Below, one piece after another: positions 15,001 through 28,411 of a DNA stretch of 41,784 bases. Positions within the stretch are counted from its first letter, which is position 1. The number at the start of each line of letters is the position of its first letter. A program made the translations under genes and the position numbers. Under the pieces are notes generated by a model. The model worked only from the letters and a program-made list of their open reading frames with translations. It was not told the origin of the DNA and did not search any database. Source of the DNA: Chiloscyllium plagiosum. Its lineage: Eukaryota. The stretch covers positions 6,652-48,435 of the forward strand of contig NW_025214668.1 of NCBI RefSeq assembly GCF_004010195.1, read 5' to 3'.

Positions 15001-18000
15001 CTTGTGGACCAGCCATGATCTCAGTGAGTAGGGTATCAGCCATGGTCTCAGTGAGTAGGGGATCAGCCATGATCTCAGTGAGTTGGAGATCAGCCATGAT
15101 TTCAGTGAGTAGGGGATTACTGCCTGTCGCAGTGACTAGGGGATCAGCCATAATCTCAGTGAGTAGTTAATCAGCCATGGTCTCAGTGAGTAGGGGATCA
15201 GCCATGATCTCAGTAATTTGGGGACCAGCCATGCTCTCAGTTAGTAGGGGATCAGCCATGGTCTCAGCGCGTACGGGATCAGCCATGGTCTCAGTGAGTT
15301 GGAGATCAGCCAGTATCTCAGTGAGTATATCAGCCATGATCTCAATGAGTAAGGGATCAGCCCTGATCTCAGTGAGTAGGAGATCAGCCACAATCTCAGT
15401 GAGTAGGGGATCAGCCACGATCCCGGTGAGTAGGGAATCAGGCATGATCTCAGTGAGTCGGGAATCAGCCATGACCTCAGTGAGTAGGAGATCAGACATG
15501 ATCCCGGTGAGTAGGGGATCAGCCATGATCTCAGTGAGGAGGGAATCAGCCATAATCTCAGTGAGTAGGGGAACAGCCATGATCTCAGTGTGTAGGGGAT
15601 CAGCCATCATCTCAGTGAGTAGGGGGATCAGCCATGATCTAAGTGATTAGCGGATCAGCCATGGTCTCAGTGTGTAGGGGATCTGCTCTGATTCCCGTGA
15701 GTAGGGGATCAGCCATGATCTTACTGAGTAGTTGATCAGACATGATCTCAGTGAGTTAGTGATCAGCCATCCTTTCAGTGTATATGGCATCCACAATGGT
15801 CTCAGTGAGTAGGACATCCGTCATGGTCTCTGTGAGTTGGAGCTCAGCCATGATCTCAGTGGGTACGGGCCACCTATGATCTCACTGAGTAGGGAAACAG
15901 CCATGATCTCAGTGAGTTGGGCATCCACCATGGTATCAGTGAGTAGGAGATCAGCCATGATCTCAGTGAGTTAGTGATCAGCCATCCTCTCAGTGAGTTG
16001 GGCATCAACAATGGTCTCAGTGAGTCGGAGGTTAACCATGATCTGAGTGAATAGGAGTTCAGCCATGATCTCAGTAACTTGGGGATCAGCCAAGGTCTCA
16101 GTGAGTATGTGATCAGCCATGATCTCAGTGAGTAGAGGCTCAGCCATGATCTCAGTGACTTGGGGATCAGACATGATCTCAGTGAGTATAAGATCAGCCA
16201 TGATCTCAGTGAGTTGGAGATCAGCCAGGATCACAGTGAGTAGATCAGCCATGATCTCAATGAGTAGGGGATAAGCCATGATCTCATTAACTTTGGGACC
16301 AGCCATGCTCTCAATGAGTAGGGGTTCAGCCATGGTATCAGTGAGTACGAGATCAGCCATGACCTCAGTGAGTTGGAGATCAGCCAAGATCTCAGTGAGT
16401 AGATCAGCCATGTTCTCAATGAGTAGGGGATAAGCCATGATCTCATTAACTTTGGGACCAGCCATGATCTCAGTGATTAGGGCATCCGCCATGGTATCAG
16501 TGAGTAGGAGATCAGACATGATCTCAGTGAGTTAGTGATCAGCCATCCTCTCACTGAGTAGTGCAGCAATGGTCTCTGTGAGTGGGAGGTTAGCCATGAT
16601 CTGAGTGAGTAGGAGATCAGCCATGATCTCAGTGAGTAGGGGAACTGCCACAATCTCAGTGAATCGGGGATCAGCCACGGTCTCAGTGAATAGGGGCTCA
16701 GCCATGATCTCAGTGAGTAGGGGCTCAGCCATGATCTCAGTGACTTGGGGATCAGACATGATCTCAGAGATTAGGGGATCAGCCATGGTCTCAGTGAGTA
16801 GAGGATCAGACATGATCTCAGTGAGTAGGGTATCAGCCATGATCTCAGTGAGTAGGGAATCAGCCATGGTCTCAGCCAGTAAGGGATCAGTCATGATCTC
16901 AGTGAGTAGGAGATCAGCTATGATCTCAGTTATGTAGGGGATCAGCCTTGATCTCAGTGATTAGGGGATCAGACTTGATCTCAGAGATTAGGGGATCAGA
17001 CATGATCTCAGAGATTAGGGGATCAGCCATGGTCGGTGAGTAGGGAATCAGCCATGATCTCAGTGAGTAGGGAATCAGCCATGGTCTCAGCCAGTAAGGG
17101 ATCAGTCATGATCTCAGTGAGTAGGAGATCAGCTATGATCTCAGTTATGTAGGGGATCAGCCTTGATCTCAGTGATTAGGGGATCAGACTTGATCTCAGA
17201 GATTAGGGGATCAGACATGATCTCAGAGATTAGGGGATCAGCCATGGTCGGTGAGTAGGGAATCAGCCATGATCTCAGTGAGTAGGGGAACTGCCACAAT
17301 CTCAGTGAATCGGGGATCAGCCACGGTCTCAGTGAATAGGGGCTCAGCCATGATCTCAGTGACTTGGGGATCAGACATGATCTCAGAGATTAGGGGATCA
17401 GCCATGGTCGGTGAGTAGGGAATCAGCCATGATCTCAGTGAGTAGGGAATCAGCCATGGTCTCAGCCAGTAAGGGATCAGTCATGATCTCAGTGAGTAGG
17501 AGATCAGCTATGATCTCAGTTATGTAGGGGATCAGCCTTGATCTCAGTGATTAGGGGATCAGACTTGATCTCAGAGATTAGGGGATCAGACATGATCTCA
17601 GAGATTAGGGGATCAGCCATGGTCTCAGTGAGTAGAGGATCAGACATGATCTCAGTGAGTAGGGTATCAGCCATGATCTCAGTGAGTAGGATATCCGCCA
17701 TGATCTCAGTGACTAGGGCATGAACAATGGTCTCAGTGAGTAGTGTATCAGCCATTGTCTCAGTGCGTAGGGAATCCGCCATGGTATCAGTGAGTAGGAG
17801 ATCAGACATGATCTCAGTGAGTTAGTGATCAGCCATCCTCTCACTGAGTAGTGCAGCAATGGTCTCTGTGAGTGGGAGGTTAGCCATGATCTGAGTGAGT
17901 AGGAGATCAGCCATGATCTCAGTGAGTAGGATATCCGCCATGATCTCAGTGACTAGGGCATGAACAATGGTCTCAGTGAGTAGTGTATCAGCCATTGTCT

Positions 18001-21000
18001 CAGTGCGTAGGGAATCCGCCATGGTATCAGTGAGTAGGAGATCAGCCATTCTCTCAGTGAGTCGGGCTTCAACAATGGCCTCATTGAGTCGGAGGTTAAC
18101 CATGATCTGAGTGAGTTGCAGATCAGCCATGATCTCAGTAACTTGGGGACCTGCTATGATCTCAGTGAGTTGGTGATCAGCCATGATCTCAGTGAGTAGG
18201 GGATCAGCAATGCTCTCAGTGAGTAGGAGATCAGCCATGATCTCAGTGAGTAGGGGATCAGCCATGATCTTCGTGGGTAGCAGATCAACCATAGTCTCAG
18301 TAAGTCAGCCATGATCTCAATGAGTCGTGGATCAGCCATGGTCTCAGTGAGTAGGAGGTCAACCATGATCTTTGTGGGTAGCAAATCAACCATAGTCTCA
18401 GTAAGTCAGATGTCAGCCATGATCTCAATGAGTCGGGGATCAGCCATGGTCTCAGTGAGTTGGAGATCAGCGATTTTCTCAGTGTGTAGGAGGTCAACCA
18501 TGATCACAGTGAGTAGGGAATCAGCCATGATCTCAGTGAGTAGGGAATCCGCCATGATCTCAGCGAGTAGGGGATCAGCCATGATCTCACCGCACACAGG
18601 ATCAGCCATGATCAGCCATGGTCTCAGTGAGTAGGGGATTAGCAATGCTCTCAGTGAGTAGGAGATCAGCCATGATCTCAGTGAGTAGAGGTTCAGCTAT
18701 GATCTTCGTGGGTAGCAGATCAACCATAGTCTCAGTAAGTCGGATGTCAGCCATGACCTCAATGAGTCGGGGATCAGCCATGGTCTCAGTGAGTTGGAGA
18801 TCAACCATTTTCTCAGTGTGTAGGAGGTCAACCATGATATCAGTGAGTAGGGAATCAGCCATGATCTCCCCGCATAGTGGATCAGCCATGATCTCAGTGA
18901 GGAGGAGATCGGCCTTGATCTTAGTGAGTAGGGGATCAGCCATGATCTCAGTGATTGGTGATCAGCCATGATCTCAGTGATTAGGAGATCAGCCATGATT
19001 TCAGTGAGTGGGGGCTTAGCCATCATTTCAGTGAGTAGGGAATCAGCCATAATCTCAGTGAGTAGGAGGTCAGCTGTGATATCAGTGAGTACGAGATCAG
19101 CCACGATCTCATTGAGTCGAAGATCAGCCATGTTCTCAGTGAGTAGGAGGTCAACCATGTTATCAGTGACAAGGGGATCTGTCATGATCTCAGTAAGTTT
19201 TAGATCAGAGATGATGTCAGTGAGTAGGAGATCAGCCATGATCTCAGTGAGTAGGGTACTAGCCATCATCTCAGTGAGTAGGGGATCAGCCATGATCTCA
19301 GTGAGTAGGAGGTCAGCCATGTTCTCAGTGAGTACGAGGTCAACCATGATATCAGTGACTAGGGGATTTGCCATGGTCTCAGTAAGTTTTAGATCAGCCA
19401 TGATGTCAGTGAGTAGGGGATCAGCCATGATCTCAGTGAGTTGGTGAACAGCCATGATCGCATGAGGAGGACATCAACCATGATCACAGTGAGTACGAGA
19501 TCAGCCATAATCTCAGTGAGTCCGAGATCAGCCATGTTCTCAGTGAGTAGGAGGTCAACCATGATCTCAGTGACTAGGGGATCAGCCATGGTCTCACTGA
19601 GTAGGGAAGCAGCCATGGTCTCAGTGAGTAGGGGATTAGCAATGCTCTCAGTGAGTAGGAGATCAGCCATGACCTCAGTGAGTAGGGGATCAGCCATGAT
19701 CTTCGTGGGTAGCAGATCAACCATAGTCTCAGTAAGTCGGATGTCAGCCATGATCTCAATGAGTCGGGGATCAGCCATGGTCTCAGTGAGTTGGAGATCA
19801 GCCATTTTCTCAGTGTGAAGGAGGTCAACCATGATATCAGTGAGTAGGGAATCAGCCATGATCTCAGTGAGTAGGGAATCCGCATGAGTTAAGCGAGGAG
19901 GAGATCAGCCATGATCTCAGTGATTGGTGATCAGCCATAATCTCAGTGATTAGGAGATCAGCCATGATTTCAGTGAGAAGCTGATTAGCCATGATCTCAG
20001 TGAGTCGGGGATCACCATGGTCTGAGTGAGTAGGGGATCAGCCATGATCTCAGTGAGTAGGAGGTCAGCCATGATCTCAGTGAATCGGGGATCAGCCATG
20101 GTCTCAGTGAGTAGGTGATCAGCCATAGTCTCAGTGAGTCGGGGATCAGCCATGGTCTCAGTGAGTAGGGGATCAGCCATTATCTCAGTGAGTAGGGAAT
20201 CAACCATGGTCTCAGTGAGTAGGGGATCAGCCATGATCTCAGTGAGTCGGGGATCAGCCATCGTCTCAGGCTGTCGGGGATCAGCCATGATCTCTGTAGG
20301 CAGCAGATCAACCATAGTCTCAGTAAGTCGGAGGTCAGCCATGATCTCGGTGAGTCGGGGATCAGCCATGGTCTCAGTGAGGAGGGGATCAGCCATGATC
20401 TCAGTGAGTAGGGAATCAGCCATGATCTCAGTGAGTAGGAGGTCAGCCGTGGTCTCAGTGAGTAGGGAATCAGCCATGATACCAGTGAGTAGGGAATCAG
20501 CCAATGTTCTCAATGCGTAGGGGATTAGCCATGATAACAGTGAGTAGAAATTCGTCCATGGTCTCAATGCATATGGGAATCAGCCATGATCTCATTGAGT
20601 AGGGAATCAGCCATGGTCTCAGTGAGTAGGGGATTAGCAATGCTCTCAGTATGTCGGAGGTCAGCCATTATCTCAATGAGTCGGTGATCAGCCATGGTCT
20701 CAGTGAGTCGGAGATCAGCCATAGTCTCAGTGAGTAGGGGATCAGCCATGTTCTCAGTGAGTAGGGGACCAGCCATGATATCAGTGAGTAGGGGATCAGC
20801 CATGGTCGCACTGAGTAGGGGATCAGCCAAGATCTCAGTGTGTAGGGAATCAACCTTTGGTCTCAGTGAGTAGGGGATCAGCCATGATCTCAGTGAGTCG
20901 GGGATCAGCATTGTGTCAGGGTGTCGGGGATCAGCCATGATCTCTGTAGGTGGCAGATCAACCATAGTCTCAGTAAGTCGGAGGTCAGCCATGATCTCAG

Positions 21001-24000
21001 TGAGTCGGGGATCAGCCATGGTCTCAGTGAGTAGGGGATCAGCCATGATCTCAGTGAGTAGGGAATCAGCCATGATCTCAGTGAGTCGGAGGTCAGCATG
21101 ATCTCAGTGAGTTGGAGGTCGTCCATGATCTCAGTGAGTAGGAGGTCAGCCATGGTCTCAGTGAGTAGGGAATCAGCCATGGTCTCAGTGAGTAGGGTAT
21201 CAGCCATGATATCAGTGAGTAGGGAATCAGCCAATGTCCTCAATGCGTAGGGGATTAGCCATGATAACAGTGAGTAAGAATTCGGCCACGGTCTCAATGC
21301 ATATGATAATCAGCCATGACCTCATTGAGTAGGGAATCAGCCATGGTCTCAGAGAGTAGGGGATTAGCAATGCTCTCAGTATGTCGGAGGTCAGCCATGA
21401 TCTCAATGAGTCGGTGATCAGCCATGGTCTCAGTGAGTCGGAGATCAGCTATGATTTCAGTGAGTAGGTGATCAGCCATAGTCTCAGTGAGTAGGGGATC
21501 AGCCATGTTCTCAGTGAGTAGGTGGTCAACCATGATATCTGTGACTAGGGAATCAGCCATGGTCTCAGTGAGTAGGGGATTAGCAATGCTCTCAGTGAGT
21601 AGGGGATCAGCCAAGATCTCTGTGGGTAGCAGATCAACCATAGTCTCATTAAGTCGGAGGTCAGCCATGATCTCAGTGAGTCAGGGATCAGCCATGGTCT
21701 CAGTGAGTAGGGGATCAGCCATGATATCAGTGAGTAGGAGGACAGCCATGGTCTCAGTGAGTAGGGGATCAGCCATGACCTCAGTGAGTTTTAGGTCAGC
21801 CATGATGTCAGTGAGTCAGTTAACAGCCATGATCGCAGTGTGAGTCGGATATAAGCCATGATCCCAATGAGTAGGGCACGGCCATGACCTCAGTGAGTTG
21901 GAGATTAGCCATGGTGTCAGTGAGTAGGGAATCAGCGATGGTCTCAGTTGGTACGGGATCAGATATGATCTCCGTGGGTAGCAGATCAGCCATAGTCTCA
22001 GTAAGTCGGAGTTCAGCCATGATTTCAGTGAGTAGGGGATCAGCCATGATGTCAGTGAATAGGGGATCAGCCATGGTCTCAGTGACTCGGGGATCAGCCA
22101 TGGTCTCAGTGAGTAGGAGGTCAGCCATGATTTCAGTGAGTAGGGGATCAGCCATGATGTCAGTGAATAGAGGATCAGCCATGGTCTCAGTGAGTAGGAG
22201 GTCAGCCATGATCTCAGTGATTTGGAGATCAGCCATGATCTCAGTGAGTTTGTGATCAGCCATGATATCAGTGAGTAGGGGATCATCCATGGTCTCACTG
22301 AGTCTGGGATCAGCCATGATCTCAGTGAATAGGGAATCAGCCATGGTCTCAGTGAGTCGGGGATCAGCCATGGTCTCAGTGAGTAGGGGATCAGCCATGG
22401 TCTCAGTGTGTAGGGGATCAGCTATAATGTCAGTGAGTCAGGGATCAGCCATGACCTCAGTGAGTCGGGGATCAGCCATGGTCTCAGTGAGTAGGGGATC
22501 ATCCATGGTCTCAGTGAGTAGGGGATCAGCCATGGTCTCAGTGATTAGGTGATCAGCCATGATCTCAGTGAGTCGGGGATCAGCCATGGTCTCAGTGAGT
22601 AGGGGATCATCCATGGTCTCAGTGAGTAGGGGATCAGCCATGGTCTCAGTGAGTAGGTGATCAGCCATGATCTCAGTGAGTCGGGGATCAGCCATGGTCT
22701 CAGTGAGTCGGCGATCAGCGATCGTCTCAGGGTGTGGGGATCAGCCATGATCTCTGTTGGCAGCAGATCAACCATAGTCTCAGTAAGTCGGAGGTCAGCC
22801 ATGATCTCAGTGAGTCGGGGATCAGCCATGGTCTCAGTGAGTAGGAGGTCAACCATGCTATCAGTGACTAGGGGATTAGCCATGGTCTCAGTGAGTAGGG
22901 GATCAGCCATGATCTCAGTGAGTCGGGGATCAGCCATCGTGTCAGTGAGTACAGGATCAGCCATGATATCTGTTGGCAGGAGATCAACCATAGTCTCAGT
23001 AAGTCGGAGGTCAGCCATGATCTCAGTGAGTCGGAGGTCAGACATCATCTTAGTGAGTAGGGGATCAGCCATGGTCTCAGTGAGTAGGGGATCAGCCATG
23101 GTCACAGTATAGGAGGGGATTTGCAATGCTCTCAGTAAGTTGGAGGTCAGCCATGATCTCAATGAGTCGGGGATCAGCCATGGTCTCAGTGAGTAGGGGA
23201 TCAGCCATGGTCACAGTAAGGAGGGGATTTGCAATGCTCTCAGTAAGTTGGAGGTCAGCCATGATCTCAATGAGTCGGGGATCAGCCATGGTCTCAGTGA
23301 GTAGGGGATTAGCAATGCTCTCAGTCAGTCAGAGGTCAGCCATGATCTCAATGAGTCGGGGATCAGCCATGGTCTCAGTGAGTAGGTGTCAACCATGATA
23401 TCAGTGACTAGGGGATCAGCCATGCTCTCAGTGAGTAGGGGATCAGTCATGATATCAGTGAGTTGGGAATCAGCCATGGTATCAGTGAGTAGGGGATCAG
23501 CCAAGATCTCTGTGGGTAGCAGATGAACCATAGTCTCAGGAAGTTGGAGGTCAGCCATGATCTCAGTGGGTCGGGAATCATCCATGGTCTCAGTGAGTAC
23601 GGGATCAGCCATGATCTCCGTGAGTAGGAGGTCAGCCATGATCTCAGTGAGTAGGAGGTCAGCCGTGATATCAGTGAGTAGGAGATCAGCTATGGTCTCA
23701 GTGAGTACGTGATCAGCCATAATCTCAGTGAGTAGGAGGTCAACTATGATATCAGTGACTAGGGGATTTGCCATGGTCTCAGTAAGTTTTAGATCAGCCA
23801 TGATGTCAGTGAGTAGGTTATCAGCCGTGATCTCAGTGTGAGTCGAAGATAAGCCATGATCTCAATGAGTTGGGGATCTCAGTGAGTAGGAGGTCAGCCG
23901 TGATATCAGTGAGTAGGAGATCAGCCATGGTCTCAGTGAGGACGCAATCAGCCATGGTGTCAGTGAGTAGGTAATCAGTGATGGTCTCAGCGGGTACGGG

Positions 24001-27000
24001 ATCAGATATGATCTCCGTGGGTAGCAGATCAACCATAGTCTCTGTAAGTCGGAGTTCAGCCATGATCTCAGTGAGTTGGGGATCAGCCATGGTCTCAGTG
24101 AGTAGGGGATCAGCCATGATCTCAGTGAGTCGGGGATCAGCCATGGTTTCAGTGAGTAGGGGATCAGCCATGGTCTCAGTGAGTAGGGGATCTACCATTA
24201 TCTCAGTCAGTCGGCGATCAGCCATGGTCTCAGTGAGTAGGGGATCAGCCATGGTCTCAGTGCTTAGGGAATCAGCCATGATCTCAGTGAGTCGTGGATC
24301 AGCCATGGTCTCAGTGAGTCGGGGTTCAGCCATGGTCTCAGTGAGTAGGGGATCAGCCATGATCTCAGTGAGTCGTGGATCAGCCATGGTCTCAGTGAGT
24401 AGGGGATCAGCCATGATCTCAGTGAGTAGGAGGTCAGCCATGATCTCAGTGATTTGGAGATCAGCCATGATCTCAGTGAGTTGGAGATCTGCCATGATCA
24501 CAGTGAGTAGGGGATCAGCCGTGATTTCAGTGCGTAGGGGAGCAGCCATGATCTCAGTGAGTCGGCGATCCTCCATCGTCTCAGGGTGTCGGGGATCAGC
24601 CATGATCTCTGTTGGCAGCAGATCAACCATAGTCTCAGTAAGTCGGAGGTTAGCCATGATCTCAGTGAGTCGGGGATCAGCCATGGTCTCAGTGAGTAGG
24701 AGGTGAACCATGCTATCAGTGACTAGGGGATTAGCCATGGTCTCAGTGAGTAGGGGATCAGCCATGATCTCAGTGAGTAGGGAATCAGCCATGGTCTCAG
24801 TGAGTAGGGGATCAGCCATGATCTCAGTGAGTCGGGGATCAGCCATGATATCTGTGGGCAGGAGATCAGCCATGATCTCAGTGAGTCGGAGGTCAGACAT
24901 GATCTTAGTGAGTAGGGGACCAGCCATGGTCTTAGTGAGTAAGGGATCAGCCATGGTCACAGTAAGTAGGGGATTTGCAATGCTCTCAGTAAGTTGGAGG
25001 TCAGCCATGATCTCAATGAGTCTGGGATCAGCCATGGTCTCAGTGAGTCAGAGATCAGCTATGATTCAGTGAGTACGGGATCAGCCAGAGTCTCAGTGAG
25101 TAGTGGATCAGCCATGATATCAGTGACTAGGGGATCAGCCATGATATCAGTGACTGGGAGGACAGCCATGGTCTCAGTGAGTAGGGAATCAGCCATGGTC
25201 TCAGTGAGTAGGGGATCAGCCAAGATCTCTGTGGGTAGCAGATCAACCATAGTCTCAGTAAGTTGGAGGTCAGCCATGATCTCAGTGAGTCGGGGATCAT
25301 GCATGGTCTCAGTGAGTAGGGGATCAGCCATGATCTCAGTGAGTAGGAGGTCAGCCAGGATCTCAGTGAGTAGGAGGTCAGCCATGATCTCAGTGAGTAG
25401 GGGATCTGCCATGGTCTCAGTAAGTTTTAGATCAGCCATGATGTCAGTGAGTAGGTTATCAGCCATGATCTCAGTGCGATTAGGAGATAAGCCATGATCT
25501 TAAGGAGTAGGGCATCAGCCATGATCTCAGTGAGTAGGAGGTCAGCCGTGATATCAGTGAGTAGGAGATCAGCCATGGTGTCAGTGAGTAGGTAATCAGC
25601 GATGGTCTCAGTGGGTACGGGATCAGATATGATCTCCGTGGGTCGCAGATCAACCATAGTCTGTGTAATTCCGAGTTCAGCCATGATTTCAGTGAGTTGG
25701 GGGTCAGCCAGGATCTCAGTGAGTAGTGGATCAGCCATGATCTCAGTGAGTCGGGGATCAGCCATGGTCTCAGTGAGTAGGGGATCAGCCATGATCTCAG
25801 TGAGTCGGGGATCAGCCATAGTCTCAGTGAGTAGGGGATCAGCCGTGGTCTCAGCGAGTAGGGGATCAGCCATGATCTCAGTGAGTCGGCGATCAGCCAT
25901 GGTCTCAGTGAGTCGGGGATCAGCCATGGTCTCAGTGCGTAGGGAATCAGCCATGATCTCAGTGAGTCGGGATCAGCCATGGTCTCAGTGAGTCGGGGAT
26001 CGGCCATGATCTCAGTGAGTCGGGATCAGCCATGATCTCAGTGAGTCGGGGTTCAGCCATGGTCTCAGTTAGTAGGGGATCAGCCATGATCTCAGTGAGT
26101 AGAGGTCAGCCATGATCTCAGTGATTTGGAGATCAGCCATGATCTCAGTGACTTGGAGATCTGCCATGATCACAGTGAGTAGGGGATCAGCCGTGATCTC
26201 AGTGCGTAGGGGAGCAGCCATGATCTCAGTGAGTAGGGGATCAGCTATGATCTCAGTGCGTAGGGGTTCAGCCATGATCTCAGTGAGTCGGAGATCAGCC
26301 ATGTTCTCAGTGAGTAGGAGGTCAACCATGATATCAGTGACTAGGGAACAGCCATGGTCTCAGTGAGTTGGGGATCAGCCATGATCTTAGTGAGTAGGGT
26401 ATTAGCCATTGTCTCAGTGAGTTGGGGATCATCCATGGTCGCAGTGAGTAGGGGATCGGCCATGATCTCAGTGAGTTGAAAATCAGTCATTGTCTCAGTG
26501 AGTAGGGGATTAGCAATGCTCTCTGTGAATCGGGGATCAGCCATCCTCTCAGGTTGTCGGGGATCAGCCATGATCTCTGTGGCAGCAGATCAACCATAGT
26601 CTCAGTAAGTCGGAGGTCAGCCATGATCTCAGTGAGTCGGGGATCAGCCATGGTCTCAGTGAGTAGGGGATCAGCCATGAACTCAGTGAGTACGGAATCA
26701 GCCATGATCTCAGTGAGTAGGAGGTCAGACATGATCTTAGTGAGTAGGGGATCAGCCATGATCTCAGTGATTTGGAGATCAGCCATGATGTCAGTGAGTC
26801 GGAGATCAGCATGATCTCAGTGAGTACAGAATCAGCCATGATCTCAGTGAGTAGGAGGTCAGCCATGATCTCAGTGAGTACAGCATCAGCCATGATATCA
26901 GTGAGTAGGGAATCAGCCATGGTCTCAGTGAGTAGGGAATCAGCCATGGTTTCAGTGAGTAGGGGATTAGCAATGCTCTCAGTAAGTCGGAGGTCAGCTA

Positions 27001-27543
27001 TGATATCAGTGACTAGGGGATCAGCCATGGTCTCAGTGAGTAGGGGATCAGCCATAACATCAGTGAGTAGGGAATCAGCCATGGTCTCAGTGAGTAGGGG
27101 ATTAGCAATGCTCTCAGTAAGTCGGAGGTCAGCCATGATCTCAGTGAGTCGGAGATCAGCCATGGTCCCAGTGAGTAGGGGATCAGCCATGATATCAGTG
27201 AGTAGGAGGTCAGCCATGATCTCAGTGAGTAGGAGGTCAGCCGTGATATCAGTGAGTAGGGGATCTGCCATGGTCTCAGTGAGTACGAGATCAGCCATGA
27301 TCTCAGTGAGTCGGAGATCAGCCATGTTCTCAGTGAGTAGGAGGTCAACAATGATATCAGTGAGTAGGGGATCTGCCATGGTCTCAGTAAGTTTTAGATC
27401 AGCCATGGTCTCAGTGAGTAGGGGAACAGCCATGATCTGAGTGAATTGGAGATCAGCATGATCTCAGTGAGTAGTGGATCAGCCATGGTCTCAGTGAGTA
27501 GGTTATTAGCCATGATCTCAGTGAGTAGGAGATATGCCATGAT
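1..27543. repeat. 27-bp tandem satellite array, left part (consensus ATCAGCCATGATCTCAGTGAGTAGGGG), about 1000 diverged copies
   Basis: Continuous head-to-tail 27-bp periodicity from base 1. It translates as 9-aa repeats (MADPLLTEI or SLRSWLIPY on -, SAMISVSRG on +). Frequent substitutions and 1-bp indels. Contains assembly Ns at 2982-3121 and 5279. Confidence 0.97.
2982..3121. other. Assembly gap (140 N)
   Basis: Run of N. Confidence 0.99.
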
Positions 27544-27579
27544 GTTGTGGTTCTGTTCGCCGAGCTGGAAGTTTTTGTT

Positions 27580-27619
27580 GCAAACGTTTCGTCCCCTGGC
27601 TAGGCGACATCATCAGTGC
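27580..27619 (-). ncRNA. Minimal type I hammerhead ribozyme in the PLE 3' end
   Basis: Minus strand reads GCA-CTGATGA-T-GTCGCC-TAGCCA-GGGGAC-GAAAC-GTT-TGC: core boxes CUGAUGA and GAAA, stem II (one mismatch), stem I GCA/TGC and a palindromic AACGTT in place of stem III. Confidence 0.78.
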
Positions 27620-28411
27620 TTGGGAGCCTCCTGCGAAGCGCTTCTTTGATGTTTCCTCCGGTGTTTATAGTGGTCTGTCCCTGCCGCTTCCGGTTGTCAG
27701 TTTCAGCTGTCTGCTGTAGTGGTTGGTATATTGGGTCCAGGTCGATGTGTTTGTTGATGGAGTTTGTGGATGAATGCCATGCCTCTAGGAATTCCCTGAC
27801 TGTTCTCTGTCTGGGTTGCCCTATGATAGTAGTGTTGTCCCAGTCGAATTCATGTTGCTTGTTGTCTGCGTGTGTGGCTACTAAGGATAGCTGGTCGTGT
27901 TGTTTCGTGGCTAGTTGATGTTCATGTATGCGGATTGTTAGCTGTCTTCCTGTTTGTCCTATATAGTGTTTAATGCAGTCCTTGCATGGTATTTTGTACA
28001 CTACATTCGTCTTGCTCATGTTGGGTATCAGGTCCTTCGTTCTGGTGAGTTGTTGTCTGAGCGTGGCTGTTGGTTTGTGTGCCGTTATGAGTCCTCGGGG
28101 TCGCAGTAGTCTGGCAGTCAGTTCCGAGATGCTCCTGATGTATGGTAGTGTGGCTAGTCCTTTTGGTTATGGTATGTCCTCGTTCTGTGGTCTTTCTCTT
28201 AGGCATCTGCTGATGAAGTTGCGCAGGTATCCGTTTTTGGCGAATACCTTGTATAGGTGTTCCTCTTCATCTTTTTGCAGTTCTGGTGTACTGCAGTGTG
28301 TTGTGGCCCTTTTGAATAGTGTCCTGATGCAAATTCGTTTGTGTGTGTTGGGGTGGTTACTTTCATAGTTTAGGACTTGGTCTGTGTGTGTGGCTTTCCT
28401 GTATACTCTTG
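27600..28411 (-). pseudogene. Truncated PLE ORF: RT C-terminus, linker and GIY-YIG endonuclease, with one in-frame stop
   Basis: ORF-track entries 28167..29066 (its C-terminal part) and 27600..28019 are in the same frame, separated by a TAA at 28167-28169. The linker reads ATLPYIRSISELTARLL. The RT catalytic core is absent. Confidence 0.88.

Larger units (their letters stand above)
27544..28411 (-). mobile_element. 5'-truncated Penelope-like retroelement (Penelope/Poseidon-type) inserted into the 27-bp satellite
   Basis: Non-repetitive 868-bp block flanked by the direct repeat TATGCCATGAT (27533-27543 and 28412-28422). The minus strand encodes an RT thumb (VYRKATHTDQVLNYESNHP..K) and a GIY-YIG domain (VVYKIPCKDC..HYIGQTGR...RIHEH). 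Hammerhead motif at the 3' end. Confidence 0.92.

Noticed and set aside
27600..28019. Bacterial UvrC or intron homing endonuclease gene
   Set aside because: The GIY-YIG domain is in frame with an RT thumb and is followed by a hammerhead, which is PLE architecture.
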